DNA of 64,000 bases from Eledone cirrhosa (taxonomy: Eukaryota), in contig OZ024742.1 of NCBI GenBank assembly GCA_964016885.1, positions 196,726,001 through 196,790,000 of the forward strand, in the 5' to 3' direction. The number at the start of each line of letters is the position of its first letter. Within the stretch, counting starts at the first letter, position 1. The position numbers were made by a program, and so were the translations under genes. The notes beneath the pieces are model-generated. The model saw nothing but the letters and a program-made list of their open reading frames with translations. It was not told the origin of the DNA and made no database searches. Positions 61,681 through 64,000 of this stretch are shown one piece after another.

Positions 61681-63555
61681 AGATCTTACTCTTATTTTGG
61701 CTTTAATTTTCTTCTTTTAAAAAATTACCATATTTCAGAGCTTATAAGACACTCCAATGCCTTAAACACACCCCTATTTAAAAGATAGTAATCGGAAAAA
61801 AAAGTTACAAGTGCTTTATAAGTTATATTTACTCCACTGAAATCTAACCTTATTTCAGTTTGAAATCATCAAGGAATTCGTCACAAACCAGAAAGGAACA
61901 CTAAGATTAAATCAAATATATGTAATTTTGGATCCAGAAATAGGTTAAGTTTGATTTATACGATAGGTTTAGTGCTTACCTGCTGAACACCTTATTTTGG
62001 CTTGGAAATCTCAGGTCAAACTGACCTTCAGCTTATAGACTGCAGTGTAATTTTTAGAGACATTTTATAGGGAAAAGGTATGTCTAATAAGCTGTAAAAT
62101 ATAGTACGTTCATTATCTTTGGAAAGAGAAGAGTATCTCTCGTAAAATAATTTGTTCTGAAATATTGCTTCATTTATGTGCCATTGAGTCTTTGATTAAA
62201 GGCAAAAAATTACTACACTGGCTTTATCATAATCATCACTATCGTTTTTATGTCTATTTTCCACACTTGCATAGGTTGGACATGTCCTTTTCAGCATTCA
62301 CATATAGTTGAAAATACATTTTAAAGTGTTTATATGAGGATTTACCAAGACTTGGTAAATTCTCATTTGTGAGGAATTATAGCAACGGCCCAATCATTAT
62401 CCAAGTACAATACAAATCTCACATGCAACCATACACTGATCCAGTTTACCATGATTTTCACATCTATACGTACCCAAGGTATCAGTGGACACTTTTGTTT
62501 CTTTGCATTTATGTATGCAAATATGGAAGGTGGCAGATCAGCAGAGTTGTTAGAATATTGGATAGGTTGCTTTACAGCAAAGGTTCTCTACGGGGGGCGT
62601 TTCGGAGCTCCAGAGGGGCGTTTTTGAGCAAGGGGGCGTTTGAAGCTTTGGGTGGTGTTAGGGGGACACTGGAAGGCTATTTACTTAGGTAAGTTTTATA
62701 AGCCATATTTCTACGTCTCTGAGACAGCCAGTGTGAATGCATTTGAATGAAGAAAACGAAGAAAATAAATAAAAGAAGCTTGTCAACGAATTCCCTAGGG
62801 AGATAAAAGAAAAATGAAAGAAATCAAAGAAAATGAAAATAAAGACAACTTCAACTTTTACAACAGTTACAAGAACAACAGAAACGACAAGAAAAAGAAG
62901 CAATGGTGATGAAAGGTGTGGGTGTATACATATACATACATACAATCATACACACACATGCATACATACATACATTCATACACACACATGCATACGTACA
63001 TACATACATACATACATACATACACACATATATACATACATACACACACAGGCCGGCGTTGGTGTTTGATGAGGTTGAGAACCTGGCCAGCTTTTAGCCA
63101 GAGCTGTGGTATTTAATCTCCCTAGGTAATAAAAAAAAAACATAAATCATGTCATCCCCCCCGCCAAAAAACATAAATCATGTCAACATCCTTACACACT
63201 TAAATATAAATGCATGTATATATATACAAATGTATAAATGCATAGCTATATACATAGGTAAATGTATGTATGTATATATATATATATATATATGCGCAGT
63301 GTGACAAGAAGTTTGCTTCCCAACCACATGTTTCCGGGTTCAGTCCCACTGCCCAAGCCGACCAAAGTCCTGTGAGTGGATTTGATAGACCGAAACTAAA
63401 AGAAGTGCGTCGTATATATGTATATATGTCTGTGTGTGTCTTTGCGTTTGTGTTTGCCCTCCCACCAATGCTTGTTGGTTTGTTGACGTCCTCATAACTT
63501 ACCAAGGTGATGCTCCAGCATGGGCGTAATCCAGAGACAGAAAAAAAGTAAAGTG

Positions 63556-63590
<35 letters not shown>

Positions 63591-63694
63591 AGAAGAGGGG
63601 GTCTAAAACTGAATGACATAAAAGGGTCATTACGTCCTGGAGGAGAGGCCCAGTGGGCCAAACGTGGTGGTGGATGATGATTTTCACCAGTTAT

Positions 63695-63910
63695 AATCAT
63701 TTCTACTATAGGCACAAGGCATGAAATTTAGGGTTTAGGGTCCTGTCGATTACATCAATCCCAGTTCACAACTGGTACTTAATTTATCGACCCCAAAAGG
63801 ATGAAAGGCAAAGTTGAGATCGGCGGAATTTGAACTCGGAACGTAAAATCGGAAGAAATACCGTTAAGCATTTCACCAGATGTGCTAACGATTCCACCAG
63901 CTCACCGCCT
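63695..63910 (-). mobile_element. Older tRNA-derived SINE related to family A
   Basis: ttatcgaccccaaaaggatgaaaggcaaagtt...ggaatttgaactc. Confidence 0.8.
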
Positions 63911-64000
63911 TATTTTCACCAGGAATCTGAAATATTGGTTCATTGACCGCATGTTTGAGCCCTCTGTTGGAGAGATAGATAGATAGATTTCTTTATTTTC

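Noticed and set aside
63727-63741. ttagggtttaggg telomere-like motif
   Set aside because: Only two units, inside the variable region of a SINE.

Overview
AT-rich, repeat-dense animal genomic DNA. The SINE and RTE families look like those of an octopod cephalopod (inference, not verified). Two protein-coding genes lie head to head. (1) On the minus strand, an uninterrupted ORF from 709 to beyond base 1 encodes the N-terminal 236 aa of protein O-fucosyltransferase 2 (POFUT2); the ORF track misses it because it runs off the window. (2) On the plus strand, a complete 7-exon mitochondrial ribosomal protein uL13m gene (MRPL13; 561 coding nt, 186 aa) spans 5747-55349. The rest is transposon debris and tandem repeats: tRNA-derived SINEs, RTE, RLE and L1/Tx1-like LINE fragments, hAT, mariner/pogo and piggyBac-type MITEs, non-autonomous Helitrons, a 13.5-kb intronic 30-bp satellite with internal kb-scale duplications, several minisatellites and several fold-back hairpins. 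The most notable observations are the intron-free POFUT2 coding block with a possible antisense leader exon inside MRPL13 intron 1, the hierarchical satellite, and a pre-miRNA-sized perfect hairpin in a LINE tail. There is no evidence of a prokaryotic or CRISPR system.
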